Shown here piece by piece: positions 20,502 through 32,207 of a stretch of 47,093 bases of DNA (position 1 is its first letter; the number at the start of each line of letters is the position of its first letter). The notes under the pieces are model-generated. The model was not told the DNA's origin. It saw only the letters and a program-made list of their open reading frames with translations, and ran no database searches. This DNA is from Pachysolen tannophilus NRRL Y-2460 (taxonomy: Eukaryota). The DNA is taken from positions 1,363,811 through 1,410,903 of the forward strand of contig KV454012.1 of the NCBI GenBank assembly GCA_001661245.1, written 5' to 3'. A program made the position numbers and the translations under genes.

Positions 20502-20614
20502 CTAGAAATAAAAAAAAAAAAAAGAAAAAAGAAAATTAAGATGTTAGTAAATAGTCTTTATTACAAATTATTGCTAAATCATTAGTGAAGAAGAAAAAAA
20601 AAATTAAAACTTAC
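20502..20614 (-). other. TAF12: 113-nt spliceosomal intron in TAF12
   Basis: GTAAGT donor (20614-20609), TACTAAC branch point (20549-20543), poly-T tract, TAG acceptor; phase 0 splice joins the two ORFs in frame (about 683 aa). Confidence 0.92.
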
Positions 20615-21658
20615 TATTCTTTGTTGTTGCTGTTGATTCATAGAAGGACTTTGTGATCTTCCTTGCATTGATATGTTACGCTGTTGAGGTGGAATAGGAA
20701 CGTTATTCACCATGCTTGGTGTACCATTTCTGGATGCTGGTGGTTGTTGAAGTTGAATATTGTTCATCATTGGTTGAGGTGTAGCAGAATTTGGAGTATT
20801 CGGCGATGTTGCTGCTGCAGACGTATTAGCAGCACGACGCAGTTGCAATTGTTGAGACATTTGAATGGCAGCTTTTGTGTATTGATCATAAAGTTGCTTC
20901 AACATCTGCTCCTGTTGAGTTAACCGAGCCAATGCATCTGGGGATAACGTACCAGACCTTTTAGTTTCCTCGATAGCTTTTAATTTATGATGAAATTCGT
21001 CTAAAACTCTTTTAATTTTCTGCAATTGTTGAATACCACTGGCAGGCTGTTGTTGCTGCTGCTGTTGTGGTTGTTGTTGTGGTTGTGGTTGCTGCTGCTG
21101 TTGTTGTTGTAGTTGTTGCTGTTGCTGTTGAGGCAATTGACTATTAGGGTTTATACGTTGATTTTGTTGTTGAGGTGGTATAGGCATTCTTGGTGCAACA
21201 ACAGGAGTACCCGAAGCGGCCCTGGATTGCAGCTGTTGCTGCAGATTTGGAGCAGCTTGATTTCGAATTTGCAGCAGTTGTTGTTGTTGCAGTTGTTGTT
21301 GTTGAAGAACTTGGGCTTGCATTTGATTCAGAATATTGGCATTTAGCCCTTGTTGATTAGCATTGTTGGTATTATTAACATTATTATTATTGGCTCCAGC
21401 ACCTTGCTGTTGTTGCAGCTGCTGTTGCAGTCGAAGCTTCTGCTGTTGTTGCTGGTAATGTAACAAAACCTGTTTAATTCTTTGAGCTTGTCTCAAATGA
21501 TCTTGTCCTTCTGGAGTGGTAAGTCCAACCTCTTTAGCTTGCTGCATTTCATTTTTAAAATTTTGACTTAATTTCTGAAGTTGTACTGGTTGAAGAATAA
21601 AAGGCCGAGGTGCACCTTGACCTTGACCTTGTTGATTAGACGGTATCTGACGACTCAT
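20615..21658 (-). CDS. TAF12: Taf12 exon 1 (Q-rich N-terminal region)
   Basis: ATG at 21658 (MSRQIP), 348 codons to the donor site. Confidence 0.88.
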
Positions 21659-21905
21659 AAAGAAATAATAAAACGATTGATCCTGATATCTTAATGGATT
21701 GAAACACCTAAAAGGTACTAATTGTATATGAAGAAATAGTAAAACATTAAAACTATTTATTTTTTTCATTAAACCTCTAATTTTACTACAAAATATATCA
21801 TAAAACAAATACAAATATTACACTACCAATAAATATGAAGAGTTAAATGATGATACAATTAAATTACATAAAAGTTGTCTTTTGAGTCTATATATTTCCG
21901 TTTCA

Positions 21906-24900
21906 TCAGTCTTGGATGATAAAGTCATTCTTTACTAGTTGCAAGATAAGTTGGCGGCCTAAATGTTTAGGGTGAGCAACGACAAATTTGTTATTTTCGA
22001 AATCGATGATGTTAATATTTTTACCAGAGATTACTTGAGCTAATCTATTATCAAAAGTCTTTATATCGCTAATTAACCAAATTTCCATAATGTCATCGTT
22101 TGCCATTATAAGGTAGTTATTATCGAATAATGCATTATTATATTTTTGTTGAAATGGAATGTAGCTATTTCTAGAAATTTTACCATTATTATTTATGAAT
22201 AAAGCTAATTCACTGTAAACAATTATGAATTCAGATTTATTTGGGAGTTTGAATATTCCTAGAGGTTTAATACTTGAAGAATTCAATTTCTTTTTTATTT
22301 GTTCTGATACTGCACCGGATGATGATGAAGTCTTTTTCAGAAGACTATTAACACTATCGGCAAATGTATAAGAATTTTCTTCAAATTCTGTATTCAGGAC
22401 ATCTGGTACAAATTGTGGTTTTAAAACTGATAATGACATTATTTCAAAACCTTTTGTAGTATGAACGGCAAATGTAGAGTTAAAAATTGATATACCAGAA
22501 CATTCACCTTGAACTAAAAATTCTTTATGACCTAAGAAATATTCAAATTTCCCAGTTGACTCATCTATTATAGGAATGAAAACTTTAAAATTAGAAACTG
22601 ATGATCTAGATTCCATGAAAAATAATAAAGTGGAACCTTGTTGTTGTCCAACTTTGAAAAAACAAACATTTTGCTTGGAAATCTTTTGACCAACAATATT
22701 TTGTTTTCTCAGTACTAATGAATCTATATAGTAATAACTCAATACTTTATCGTTTAATATTATAATAATACCAAACTTTTCCAAAACCTTTATTTGGGTT
22801 ACCTTTGGTAAGTCTAAAATTCTGGTCCAATTCCTTGGATTATCGATATCGCTCATGAAAATTCCAAAATTCAAACCAACTAATATATATTCATTATCCA
22901 AATACCTAAAGTTGGTAGAGCATAACACTCTACTAACCATCTGCAGCCTCGGTAATTCACCAGGATACTGTTTTTCAATTTCCTTGATAGCTAAATCCAT
23001 TGGGTTACCTTCAGATATTATAGGTAAATTATGAGGCATCTCATTCTGGTCATAGCTAAACGCAGAATCTGCAATAATTTTTAACTTGTAAGGTTCAATC
23101 TTCCTTAATTTCCGGCTCAAAGTAGACTGAACTTGAGATAGAACACTAAGCCATTCATTTCTTTCAATCAAACTCTTTGTGTAAAAGGTATATGAATGAT
23201 GCTTAGAGGTTTGTCGAATTTTAAAAGAATAGTATTCTTGAGTATCGTTAGCACTATTATGAAGCGACGATTCGGTAGTACTTCTTTTCAATGGAGAAGT
23301 ATGGGACAGTGTGACAGCTTCTGAAGATCTAACTACACTCGTATCAGATGTCTTGGTTTCAATAATAAGGTATTCAACGGGTATTGGTTTCTCATTAATT
23401 TTGTATTTGACATTAGATGAATCTTTGACAACTTCTTCAGTCAACAATAAATAATTATCCAACAAAATCAAATGTACAGGAGAATCATTTAACCACATAT
23501 CTTTCAAATCTCGCTTTCTAATAACGGTACCCCTTTTTATTAATTGTCTGTATTCTTTGTTCAAATTCAACTCTATTTCTAAACCAGATTTCCAAACTAT
23601 TTGATGTTTAATATTTTTTAATGCTTTTATCTTCAATGCATATGCCTGCATTTCATCAATTTTTGAAGATAACTTCTTAACAGCTTTAATAACTTTTTTA
23701 AGTCCAACATAGTCCGGATCCTGTTGCATAGTCTTATCCTGAACAGCTTGTAAAGTTAAAGGCAAAGACAAAATATGATTTATAAAACTTGTAGAGAACA
23801 ATCGATCATGAGAAACATTTATAGTCAACACTCTTGGATCATTATCAACACTTATCAACCATTCAGAAAATTTTGAATTCTTACGCAACTTTGTTTCATA
23901 AGTTATCAACTCTCTTACACTAACCATTCTTTCTGCATACTTTAAGTACAGGATTCTAACTTCATCAATCCAATTTAGATATAGAGCACTGATATTGGAC
24001 AAAAATTTTCCCTGTGTGTTTAACTTGGAAATCAATGGCTCAAACAAATGTTGCCTGTGAAGTTCAACCAAGGGCTTAACAGTGGCAAATGCGTCATCAT
24101 AGAACTTGTCAATATCAGGCAATAACTTTGGTCGTTGCTTCATAAAGCTGTCACCATACACTTCAATTAAGACTTTCCCATTAGCAATTAACCTTTGTTC
24201 GGATTTAATTAAGTCAAATATATGACTTTGCCTTTTTACCACATCGATATCCAACAGGGATAATTCCTGATCAGAAATTCTCCAATGTGATACCCAATCC
24301 AAACCTAAATCTAAGTGAGTCAAGTAAGAAGAAGCTGAGGAATCACTTCCATTTGATGAAGGGTAAGTTGTTGTGGAGGATGAGATAGTCTTTCCTCTTG
24401 ATAATACAGAAGGATCTTTATTTGCATGATAATTCCGACCTGGATCTTCATGATAACATGTTTTAGAATAGCATCTATAATCTGAATTGAAACGATGATT
24501 CGCCAATGAATAACAGGGACTTAGTTCTGTTAATATTCCTCCTATCGTACAAGAATTGTAATTAAAATTAATAATTTGGAAGCCATCGTTGGAGCTTTGC
24601 TCATAGATACAGTTATTTTTAAATAACTCGTTCACAATATTCTCGACATTACTTTCAACAATTCCGGAAGGCAATCTAGGTAAATAGTAAGTTATTAGTA
24701 AAGTCAATGATCTTTTCAATTCAATTATTGATACTTGCAGATTTAATGACCAATGCGTAAATAAAAAAGAGCACCATGTACGAATTTCACTTAGAAATGC
24801 TATATTCGAGATACTTTCAAAATGTGATGAAGATAGAGAAGATGACGAAAATGGTAACGATGGTAAATCTATCGGTAAAGGAGGCAATGGATCATCTTTA

Positions 24901-26642
24901 TCTAGCGCGCTGCTAATCGAAAGTCTATTAAATTTTGCATCTATCTCAGTATCATTATTGTCTGACTCATCAGACTTGTCATTATCATTATCATAGTGGT
25001 CAAGGAAATCAAAATCTTCATCATTGTCAGAGCTTTCCCACCCCATTCTCATTTTTTTCCCATTATCAACAATATCATTATCATCAGAATTCAACATCTC
25101 CATTTTACCACTCGAGCTATGTTTCCAAGAATGTAATTGTCTTTTTGGTGTGGACAATTTATGATATAATCTTGAAGGTGAAGACCAAGAAGACCTTGTC
25201 GAAGTAGCAGTAATTGGGGAAGAAGTTTTACCAATTATTCCATAACTATCACCAACTTCATCTAAATTCTGTTGTTGCCTTTGTGCCTGTTGAATAATTG
25301 AAGTGGTGTTTAACTTTGAAGGAATATTTTTACTTCTAGACGGAGTTGGAGGTGCAGTAGAAGGTGTGACAACAGAGAGGGAAGCATCTGGGACTGTTGC
25401 ATCGTAAATGGATTCTTTTGAAAAAGATTTGCTGTGACTATTATTGTTTGGAGATCTATTTGTACTAATGATTGCAGGAAGATTTTTCTTGATCTTGGGA
25501 GTCAATGGCGGTATATTCGGTAAATTCAAATTATGTGTTTGTGAAGGTTGATAAGTGGCTTCTCTTGATGATGGAGGTACCAGTAACAGTTGATTTTGAT
25601 ATCTATTATTGTTAGATACCAGAATTGAATTATTAGGGGTTATTGTTGTAGTTGATGTATTGAGAGTGTGTGGTACGATACTTGGAGTTGATTTGCTTTC
25701 AAATGAATTTCTAAAAACTGGCTGATCGACTAGCAATGGTTGAGATATCAGTTTAAAATTAGCATTAGCATTATTATCAGTGTCATTCATATTATAATTC
25801 AGAGTTGGCAGTGAATTATACCATAGGGAATTTTTGTTGGGGCTTGTTTTTATCTTACTATTTGGAGAAGTAGAATAATATTCTCTTGGTGGAGGTGGAG
25901 GTGGTAATTCCCTTTCTGCATTAATTATTATTGGTGGTGTTGTATTACTGTTGTTGTTATTTTCAATTGGAATTGGTAAAACCGGTAAGCTTTTATCTTT
26001 ATTTAATTTATTATTTGAATCAAAATAGTAATCGTCATCATTACCATAAACAGACAACAATTGATCATGTTCTAATTGCCTTTTGTATTCCGATTGCTGA
26101 TATTCATAGCTGTTTATATCTGTATTGATATTTTGAGGATAATCACTATTTCTTTTATCGTTAAAGAAACTATTATTAAATTTTTGATTATATTCATTTT
26201 TTTTCGTTATGGGTATTTGTGTTGGCGTTGAATAATTTGAGTTCATATAATAGTTATTTGTATCAGAATCTTTCGGTAGCCTTCTTGGCCCACGAAGACT
26301 AGAACTCCCACTTCTCCAATTGAAAACATTATTTATACTATCAGTACTATTATTATTATTATTATCATCATCTTTTAAACTTAAAAATTCAATCACATTT
26401 TGAGATTTCCTATGAATCAATTCCCTTGGGGGCCTTTCAGGCAACTCCGGCGGCACTATATTACCATTAGAATAAACTGGCAGTTTTCCAAAATGTGGAC
26501 CATCATCATCATCATCAAAACCGTTGCCGCCGTTTGAATTCATCGGTATCCATTGCAGTAAATTTAAATCATCCTCTTGATCATTCCCACCATTTATTCC
26601 ATTCTCATAGCTATAGCGCTTATTCCCATAATTATATGACAT
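21906..26642 (-). CDS. TUS1: Rho1 GEF Tus1/Rgf3-like (DH-PH-CNH)
   Basis: PLPPLPIDLPSLPFSS, PCYS...CYS..C, DW..HW, KRQSHIFDLI.SE (DH), HLILLDNYLLLTE (PH), C-terminal CNH; ATG at 26642. Confidence 0.85.
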   Translation of the reverse strand: MSYNYGNKRYSYENGINGGNDQEDDLNLLQWIPMNSNGGNGFDDDDDGPHFGKLPVYSNGNIVPPELPERPPRELIHRKSQNVIEFLSLKDDDNNNNNSTDSINNVFNWRSGSSSLRGPRRLPKDSDTNNYYMNSNYSTPTQIPITKKNEYNQKFNNSFFNDKRNSDYPQNINTDINSYEYQQSEYKRQLEHDQLLSVYGNDDDYYFDSNNKLNKDKSLPVLPIPIENNNNSNTTPPIIINAERELPPPPPPREYYSTSPNSKIKTSPNKNSLWYNSLPTLNYNMNDTDNNANANFKLISQPLLVDQPVFRNSFESKSTPSIVPHTLNTSTTTITPNNSILVSNNNRYQNQLLLVPPSSREATYQPSQTHNLNLPNIPPLTPKIKKNLPAIISTNRSPNNNSHSKSFSKESIYDATVPDASLSVVTPSTAPPTPSRSKNIPSKLNTTSIIQQAQRQQQNLDEVGDSYGIIGKTSSPITATSTRSSWSSPSRLYHKLSTPKRQLHSWKHSSSGKMEMLNSDDNDIVDNGKKMRMGWESSDNDEDFDFLDHYDNDNDKSDESDNNDTEIDAKFNRLSISSALDKDDPLPPLPIDLPSLPFSSSSLSSSHFESISNIAFLSEIRTWCSFLFTHWSLNLQVSIIELKRSLTLLITYYLPRLPSGIVESNVENIVNELFKNNCIYEQSSNDGFQIINFNYNSCTIGGILTELSPCYSLANHRFNSDYRCYSKTCYHEDPGRNYHANKDPSVLSRGKTISSSTTTYPSSNGSDSSASSYLTHLDLGLDWVSHWRISDQELSLLDIDVVKRQSHIFDLIKSEQRLIANGKVLIEVYGDSFMKQRPKLLPDIDKFYDDAFATVKPLVELHRQHLFEPLISKLNTQGKFLSNISALYLNWIDEVRILYLKYAERMVSVRELITYETKLRKNSKFSEWLISVDNDPRVLTINVSHDRLFSTSFINHILSLPLTLQAVQDKTMQQDPDYVGLKKVIKAVKKLSSKIDEMQAYALKIKALKNIKHQIVWKSGLEIELNLNKEYRQLIKRGTVIRKRDLKDMWLNDSPVHLILLDNYLLLTEEVVKDSSNVKYKINEKPIPVEYLIIETKTSDTSVVRSSEAVTLSHTSPLKRSTTESSLHNSANDTQEYYSFKIRQTSKHHSYTFYTKSLIERNEWLSVLSQVQSTLSRKLRKIEPYKLKIIADSAFSYDQNEMPHNLPIISEGNPMDLAIKEIEKQYPGELPRLQMVSRVLCSTNFRYLDNEYILVGLNFGIFMSDIDNPRNWTRILDLPKVTQIKVLEKFGIIIILNDKVLSYYYIDSLVLRKQNIVGQKISKQNVCFFKVGQQQGSTLLFFMESRSSVSNFKVFIPIIDESTGKFEYFLGHKEFLVQGECSGISIFNSTFAVHTTKGFEIMSLSVLKPQFVPDVLNTEFEENSYTFADSVNSLLKKTSSSSGAVSEQIKKKLNSSSIKPLGIFKLPNKSEFIIVYSELALFINNNGKISRNSYIPFQQKYNNALFDNNYLIMANDDIMEIWLISDIKTFDNRLAQVISGKNINIIDFENNKFVVAHPKHLGRQLILQLVKNDFIIQD

Positions 26643-26903
26643 AATATAACGTTCCAAAGAGTAACCAAAAAAACCAAACACCGCCTTATCCAGATGACCA
26701 ATTGATAATATTACAACCTTGTACTCTTTGTTTTATTGTTATCTCAATAGTAAACAAAAATACTAAAAGCTACCAGAATTCGGAAATAAAGCGTGAAAAC
26801 ACCAAATAATAAACAAAAAGAAAAATTAAAAAGAGAAAAAAATTTCTATTTTTGGAAATTTTGGCTTAAAGTGCACTTTCAAGCGCTGGTTAACTTAATT
26901 ATT

Positions 26904-26977
26904 GGTCCCTTGGCCCAGTTGGTTAAGGCGCCGTGCTAATAACGCGGAGATCAGCAGTTCGATCCTGCTAGGGACCA
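26904..26977 (+). tRNA. tRNA-Ile (anticodon AAT), intronless
   Basis: GGTCCCT/AGGGACC acceptor stem, CCGTG-CTAATAA-CGCGG anticodon arm, AGCAG-TTCGATC-CTGCT T arm; T-run follows. Confidence 0.97.
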
Positions 26978-27073
26978 TTTTGAAAAACAATTTTTTTTTT
27001 TTTTTTTCTTCGCCTTATTTTCATTAGTTAAGTAGTAAGTGATAGTAGTAGTAGTATTAATATTATTATTCAT

Positions 27074-28512
27074 CTATAAATATATATATATATAAACTTT
27101 ATGTGCTAGCCATAATGTTATGAGCATTCCAATGAAAAAGGCGAATTTCTTTTTTTTTTCTCTTGAAGAATTCATTTTCTTGAGTTTAAGAGTTTCAAGT
27201 ATTTTTAAATCTTTATCTATTTCTGAAATTAAGATTTTTTCATTATTTATAATTTTTCTTGATTTCCATAATTTTTCATCTAATGAAGTAACGTCATTTT
27301 TCAAATCACAATTGGGGATTTCATTTTCTTCATTTAAGGTGTAACGAGAATAATCATTGGATGAAATTTTATTTAAATCTTGTGAAATTTGTTGTTGTAT
27401 AGTAATAGTTTTTTGATTTAATTCTAAAATTTCTCTTTTCTTTAATTCTAAATTATTTAATAAATTCGTAATTTCAACTTCAAATTGATTATGACGCAAC
27501 CTTATATCTGTCATTATCTTAAACCTTAAGCTTAGGATAGCTTTATCTATTGTATCTTTTAAAGGATTATCATAATTTGTATTAATATTATTTTTACCCA
27601 TAGTGACAGTACCATCACTTGAAGCACGACGTGCAACATCAACATTATTTTCAGGTGTTAAAATTTCATTAAACTCATTTTCTAATAAATTATTTGTACC
27701 TCCTTGAACAAGTTCTGGTTCTGTTCCTGGAGGTGCTGCAGCATCTTCAGAACAAATAATTGCTAATTCTGATTTTAAACCTCCAGGTGAAAATGTATTA
27801 TCATTCAAATTAAAATTAGAACTTGAATTCCTACTACCACTTGCATTATCCCTATAAAATTGCTTAACTAACCTTTTCTTATCAGTATGTAAAGAATCCA
27901 TAAATAAAGATGTAGAACTTTTATCAGTCTGATGTTGATACCTTAACGATTTAGCTAATGAACTTGAAGGTGGGGGAGTGCTGCTAATATTTGAAGGTGA
28001 ATCAACTCCATTAGTAGATGTAACAGATGAAACCCTATTACGATTTGCTAAAAACTCATCCAATTTTTTATTCTTCTCTGATGATATCTTATATTGGATC
28101 TTGGATTGTTTTTTATTACTATATTGTTGCGGTTGTGGCAGTGATGATGATGATGATGATGATGATGTCAGTTGAGGTTTATTTATATCCGTAATGCTAG
28201 AACTCATTCCACTAGATTCTGTCTTTGAAGGCTTCAGTAATGGTGATTTCAATATTTCAGTACTATTAAGTTTTAAAATGGGCACATTCCCATTATTAAC
28301 ATTATTAACATTTCCTTGAACTGAACCCAGCAGTGTATCTGCAGAACTGCTACGACTAGATACATTATTTACAGCAGTACGAGAATTCGAATTCGACAAT
28401 GAATCATTTCTTAAAGTAGGCATCACACTATTGGAGCTACTTCTCGTACTACTAAACTTGGGTTTGATTGTTAAACTATTCAAACTACTGGTTGCGCTAT
28501 TATTATTAAATC

Positions 28513-28543
<31 letters not shown>

Positions 28544-28615
28544 GTTGTTGTTGTTGCTATTATGATGACTTGTATTACTATTATTTCTTGAACTTGAAGG
28601 CGCCGATATAATCAT
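27074..28615 (-). CDS. Unknown Ser/Asn-rich protein with C-terminal coiled coil and tail-anchor TM (possibly Frt1/Hph1-like)
   Basis: Long ORF, heptad-like region, basic stretch then FAFFIGMLITLWLAHKVYIYIYL at the C-terminus; ATG at 28615. Confidence 0.6.
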
Positions 28616-28856
28616 TTGCAATCTCAAACAACACCCGAACACTGGACTCTAATTGCCTAGACCCTAATCAACTATAATATTGGAAAATATCTTTTAATAT
28701 CAATCTTTTATTAATTTAAAATTAATAAAGTGAAAAAAGAGGTAATTACACTACTGGAATTTTTATCAAGAACTTAATCATATACAGTATATAATATAAA
28801 ATATTGGAATTATATAAGAGTTTTATACCTTTTTCTAAGTCAATCTTGGGGTCATC

Positions 28857-29843
28857 ATGTCTAGTCAATCGGGTATTGCTCCCAGTAAGGAATTGATTGA
28901 TTCTTTTAAAGAGTACATTGACTCTAATTCTAGATCGCTACTCATTAAAATTGAGAATGAAAAATTGATTCCAAATGCCTTGATTACCGGTTCGTCATCA
29001 TTTGAAGATGATTGGTCATTGATTAGATCGGAATTATCAGAAACTGAGCCACTGTATATTGTTGTCAATAAAAATCTGAATGATGAACATATTTTTATTT
29101 CATTTACTCCTGATTATGCAAATGTTCGCTCAAAGATGATTTATGCTTCTTCTAAAAATACTTTATTAAAAGAATTAGGTTTAGAATTTTTTAAACCAAC
29201 AATTTTTATCAATGATTTGGATGATATTTCTTATGAAGGATGGTTATCTTACTTGAAACATGAAAATTCCTCGAATCCATTAACAGAAGATGAAGAAAAC
29301 CTTTTGAAAGTTAAAGATTTTGAAAATTTAAGTATTATCGGTACTAAAGGAAAGCAATTAGCTAATGATTCAAGTACAAATTCTTCAGGTGAATTTATTT
29401 TCAAAATACATGATGAAGTGAAAGATAAGATAAAAGATATTCCAAATAATAAGCTTTTCTCTTGTTCAATTGATATAGAAGATGAATCCATAAAATTGGC
29501 AAAAGAAGCTTCACTCAATTCTCTTAAAGATATAATATCCAGTATTTTTACTGAATCTCCACAATATTCTATAGTAAATTATGGGAATAAAGTCTCATTT
29601 ATTTATACATGTCCTTCAGGCTCAAAAGTTAAAGAAAGAATGATTTATGCTAGTAATAAATTAGGATTTGTTAACAATTTTTTAATTAAAGAATTGAATT
29701 TAGAAGTTTTCAAAATTATCGAAGTCGGAGATGTTGATGAAATTGATTTGAATGTACTTGATCCAAAAGAAGATTCACAAGATGAACCAGAGCAAAAAAA
29801 GAATTTAAAATTCAACAGACCAAAAGGACCAAGACGTAAATAA
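28857..29843 (+). CDS. TWF1: Twinfilin (tandem ADF-H domains)
   Basis: MSSQSGI, VRSKMIYASSK, CPSGSKVKERMIYASNK, C-tail KFNRPKGPRR. Confidence 0.96.
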   Translation: MSSQSGIAPSKELIDSFKEYIDSNSRSLLIKIENEKLIPNALITGSSSFEDDWSLIRSELSETEPLYIVVNKNLNDEHIFISFTPDYANVRSKMIYASSKNTLLKELGLEFFKPTIFINDLDDISYEGWLSYLKHENSSNPLTEDEENLLKVKDFENLSIIGTKGKQLANDSSTNSSGEFIFKIHDEVKDKIKDIPNNKLFSCSIDIEDESIKLAKEASLNSLKDIISSIFTESPQYSIVNYGNKVSFIYTCPSGSKVKERMIYASNKLGFVNNFLIKELNLEVFKIIEVGDVDEIDLNVLDPKEDSQDEPEQKKNLKFNRPKGPRRK

Positions 29844-30338
29844 TTGAATTGAAGCTTGCTTTATAGAACCTATAAAAGCTGGGTTGTTTTTTTTTTTTTC
29901 TTTCTATCACTTTTTTGTTCTTTTTTCTTTTTTTTTTTCTGTTTTCTAGCTGTTTGCTATCTTTTCATTCACTTAGTGTATTATCAGGTAGTTAAATGGT
30001 TAATGACTGTACTTAGAAAAACTTTATTATACAATGAAATAAAAAATAAAAATATAAAAATCCTGTATGTAAACTTTAATAAAATCCGTAATAAATGAAA
30101 CAAAAATACTGTTACATTGTTAAAGAAGGCAGCAATATGCAAAAAGAAAATCAAAAAGTTCATAAAATGAAAACATTTAAACTTATAGTTTACCATTTTC
30201 AAACAATGAAAAAGAAAATAATACTAAAACCCAAACACAGAATCAACCATCCCGTATAACGACAACCTGCAAGTAAGACAAAAAAAATAAAAAACCCTTC
30301 CCCAACAAACCAACCAATCAAAACTGATACTTCCATAA

Positions 30339-32021
30339 TCATCCACGATTTGAATTAGAAGACGAAGATTTCAGAGAGTATAATATCTCAGAATTAGGTG
30401 GAAAGTGATTTGTAGTAGTCTGTTTTTTATTAATGAAAACTGCATTTTCCTTTCCAGGATGAGCTTTATGCGACAATTCCTGGCCATTAATTTTGTTTGC
30501 ATTATCCCCATGATAAGAAGCAGACCGTGAAATATTTTTCCTATTATTGTTTGAAGCTAAAACAGTACTTTTTGATCTATTTAATCCTTTTTTCTTTAAA
30601 TTGTCATTACTATTGGTAGAATTCTCATTATTAGGTCCTCCACTGTTTGTCTTTTTAAAAGCATTTACGTCTTGGAAGATAATTTGAAATTTCTTTTTAT
30701 CTTTTGTTGAAATTGACTGCGAAGTAAAACCAGATTGTTGGTGTTGAGATGAAGATGAAAAAGAAGATTGTTGCAAAATTTTCTCTTCTTTTTTAAAAAT
30801 ACCTATTGGTGGTGGAGGCAGTTGTTGTGAGCTTCCTGATTTTATTCTAGTAGTTTCTGATATTGCTATTGTTGTTGAATTATGATCATTACGTAAATTT
30901 TTGTTATTTGTAACTCCCATTATACTATTTCTTGGTGTAGGAGATATTGCTTGTATTTGTTTTGATTTCAATTTTGAAGATGGTGAAACTGTATTCAATT
31001 TTATAGTTGAAGGTGAAGACAGCTGATGTTCACCAGTTTCTATATTAATATCATTATTATTTTTCCGATTTGGTGTTTTAAAATTTACTTTTGTATTTTT
31101 CAAAGGTGTTGTAGAAACTTTAATTTTTCTTCTTGTATTATAATTTTCAATACTATCATCATTTTTAGCTTTTCTCTTTTTTGAATTTTCAACCATTTTT
31201 TTCTGAGATTTTTTAACAAGAGGTGTAGTACTGCTAATCATTTCTCTTAATGGGGAACTATTTCTTGTCTTTAACAGAGAAGGTGGTAATGGTGTTGTAG
31301 TTGGTAATTCTAATAAAGATCTAACAAATTTTGTACCTGGTGTTTCTGGTTGAGATTGTGGGAAATTTGTTAATATACTTTGATGATAAGGTGTTATTTT
31401 TTTATTTGATTTTGTAATACTTGGTAATATACTTTGATAAAAAAATTTTGTTGGAGATTCATAATTCAAATTATTTCCATTTAATGATGATGAAAGGTTT
31501 GGAGTATTAATTAAAAAATCTGGTAATAAAAAATTATCATTATCATTAATAATATTATTATTATTTTTCATCATTGTTCTTTTATTTGAATTTCTAGAAT
31601 TATTTGAAGGAGTTGTTGAAAGTCTAATTTGATCATTATCGTTTAAAAAATCATTTGAGTCCAAGACTTTATCCAATGATATCCCATTAGAGTTCCCACT
31701 AAGGTTACCATTAAGGTTGTCATCATTACCGCCATTTGTATTTGGATCCATTTTTAAAGGGGACGATGAATAAATTAAAGAATTATTATTATTCAAGAGT
31801 ACTTGCTGATACTGTAAACTTAAACTATTCGATCTATTATACAAAACTTGGGATTGGGGACTATTAATGGTACTAGCAACGTTATTATTATTATTATTAT
31901 TAATATTGGTATTATTATAACTTGTTGAATATGAAGCAATACATTGTTTAATGAATGGAGTCCAGCCTGTATGTTCAAATTCGCTATGCACATTATTATT
32001 ATTATTACTATTATTACTATT

Positions 32022-32052
<31 letters not shown>

Positions 32053-32171
32053 CATTCCTGGAACTGCGTGTTATATATCAACGGATCTATCAACATTTGA
32101 TGTGACGGCGAAGAAGATAAGTGAAATTTGTGATTGTGATTATGATTATCATCATCCTGATTATCAGACAT
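30339..32171 (-). CDS. NDD1: Ndd1-like G2/M transcriptional coactivator
   Basis: Colinear short motifs resembling recalled S. cerevisiae Ndd1: ITPY..IL..TP, TPLK..FKTP, SSPSTIKLN, SPTP, PPIGIFK, KFQII.DVNAF, LNRSKS; many S/T-P sites. Confidence 0.7.
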
Positions 32172-32207
32172 GATAGCTCAACAAAAAAAAAAAAAAAAAA
32201 AAAAAAA

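Noticed and set aside
20582..21814. Stand-alone 410-aa Q-rich gene
   Set aside because: It is TAF12 exon 1 running into the intron, with a non-ATG upstream extension
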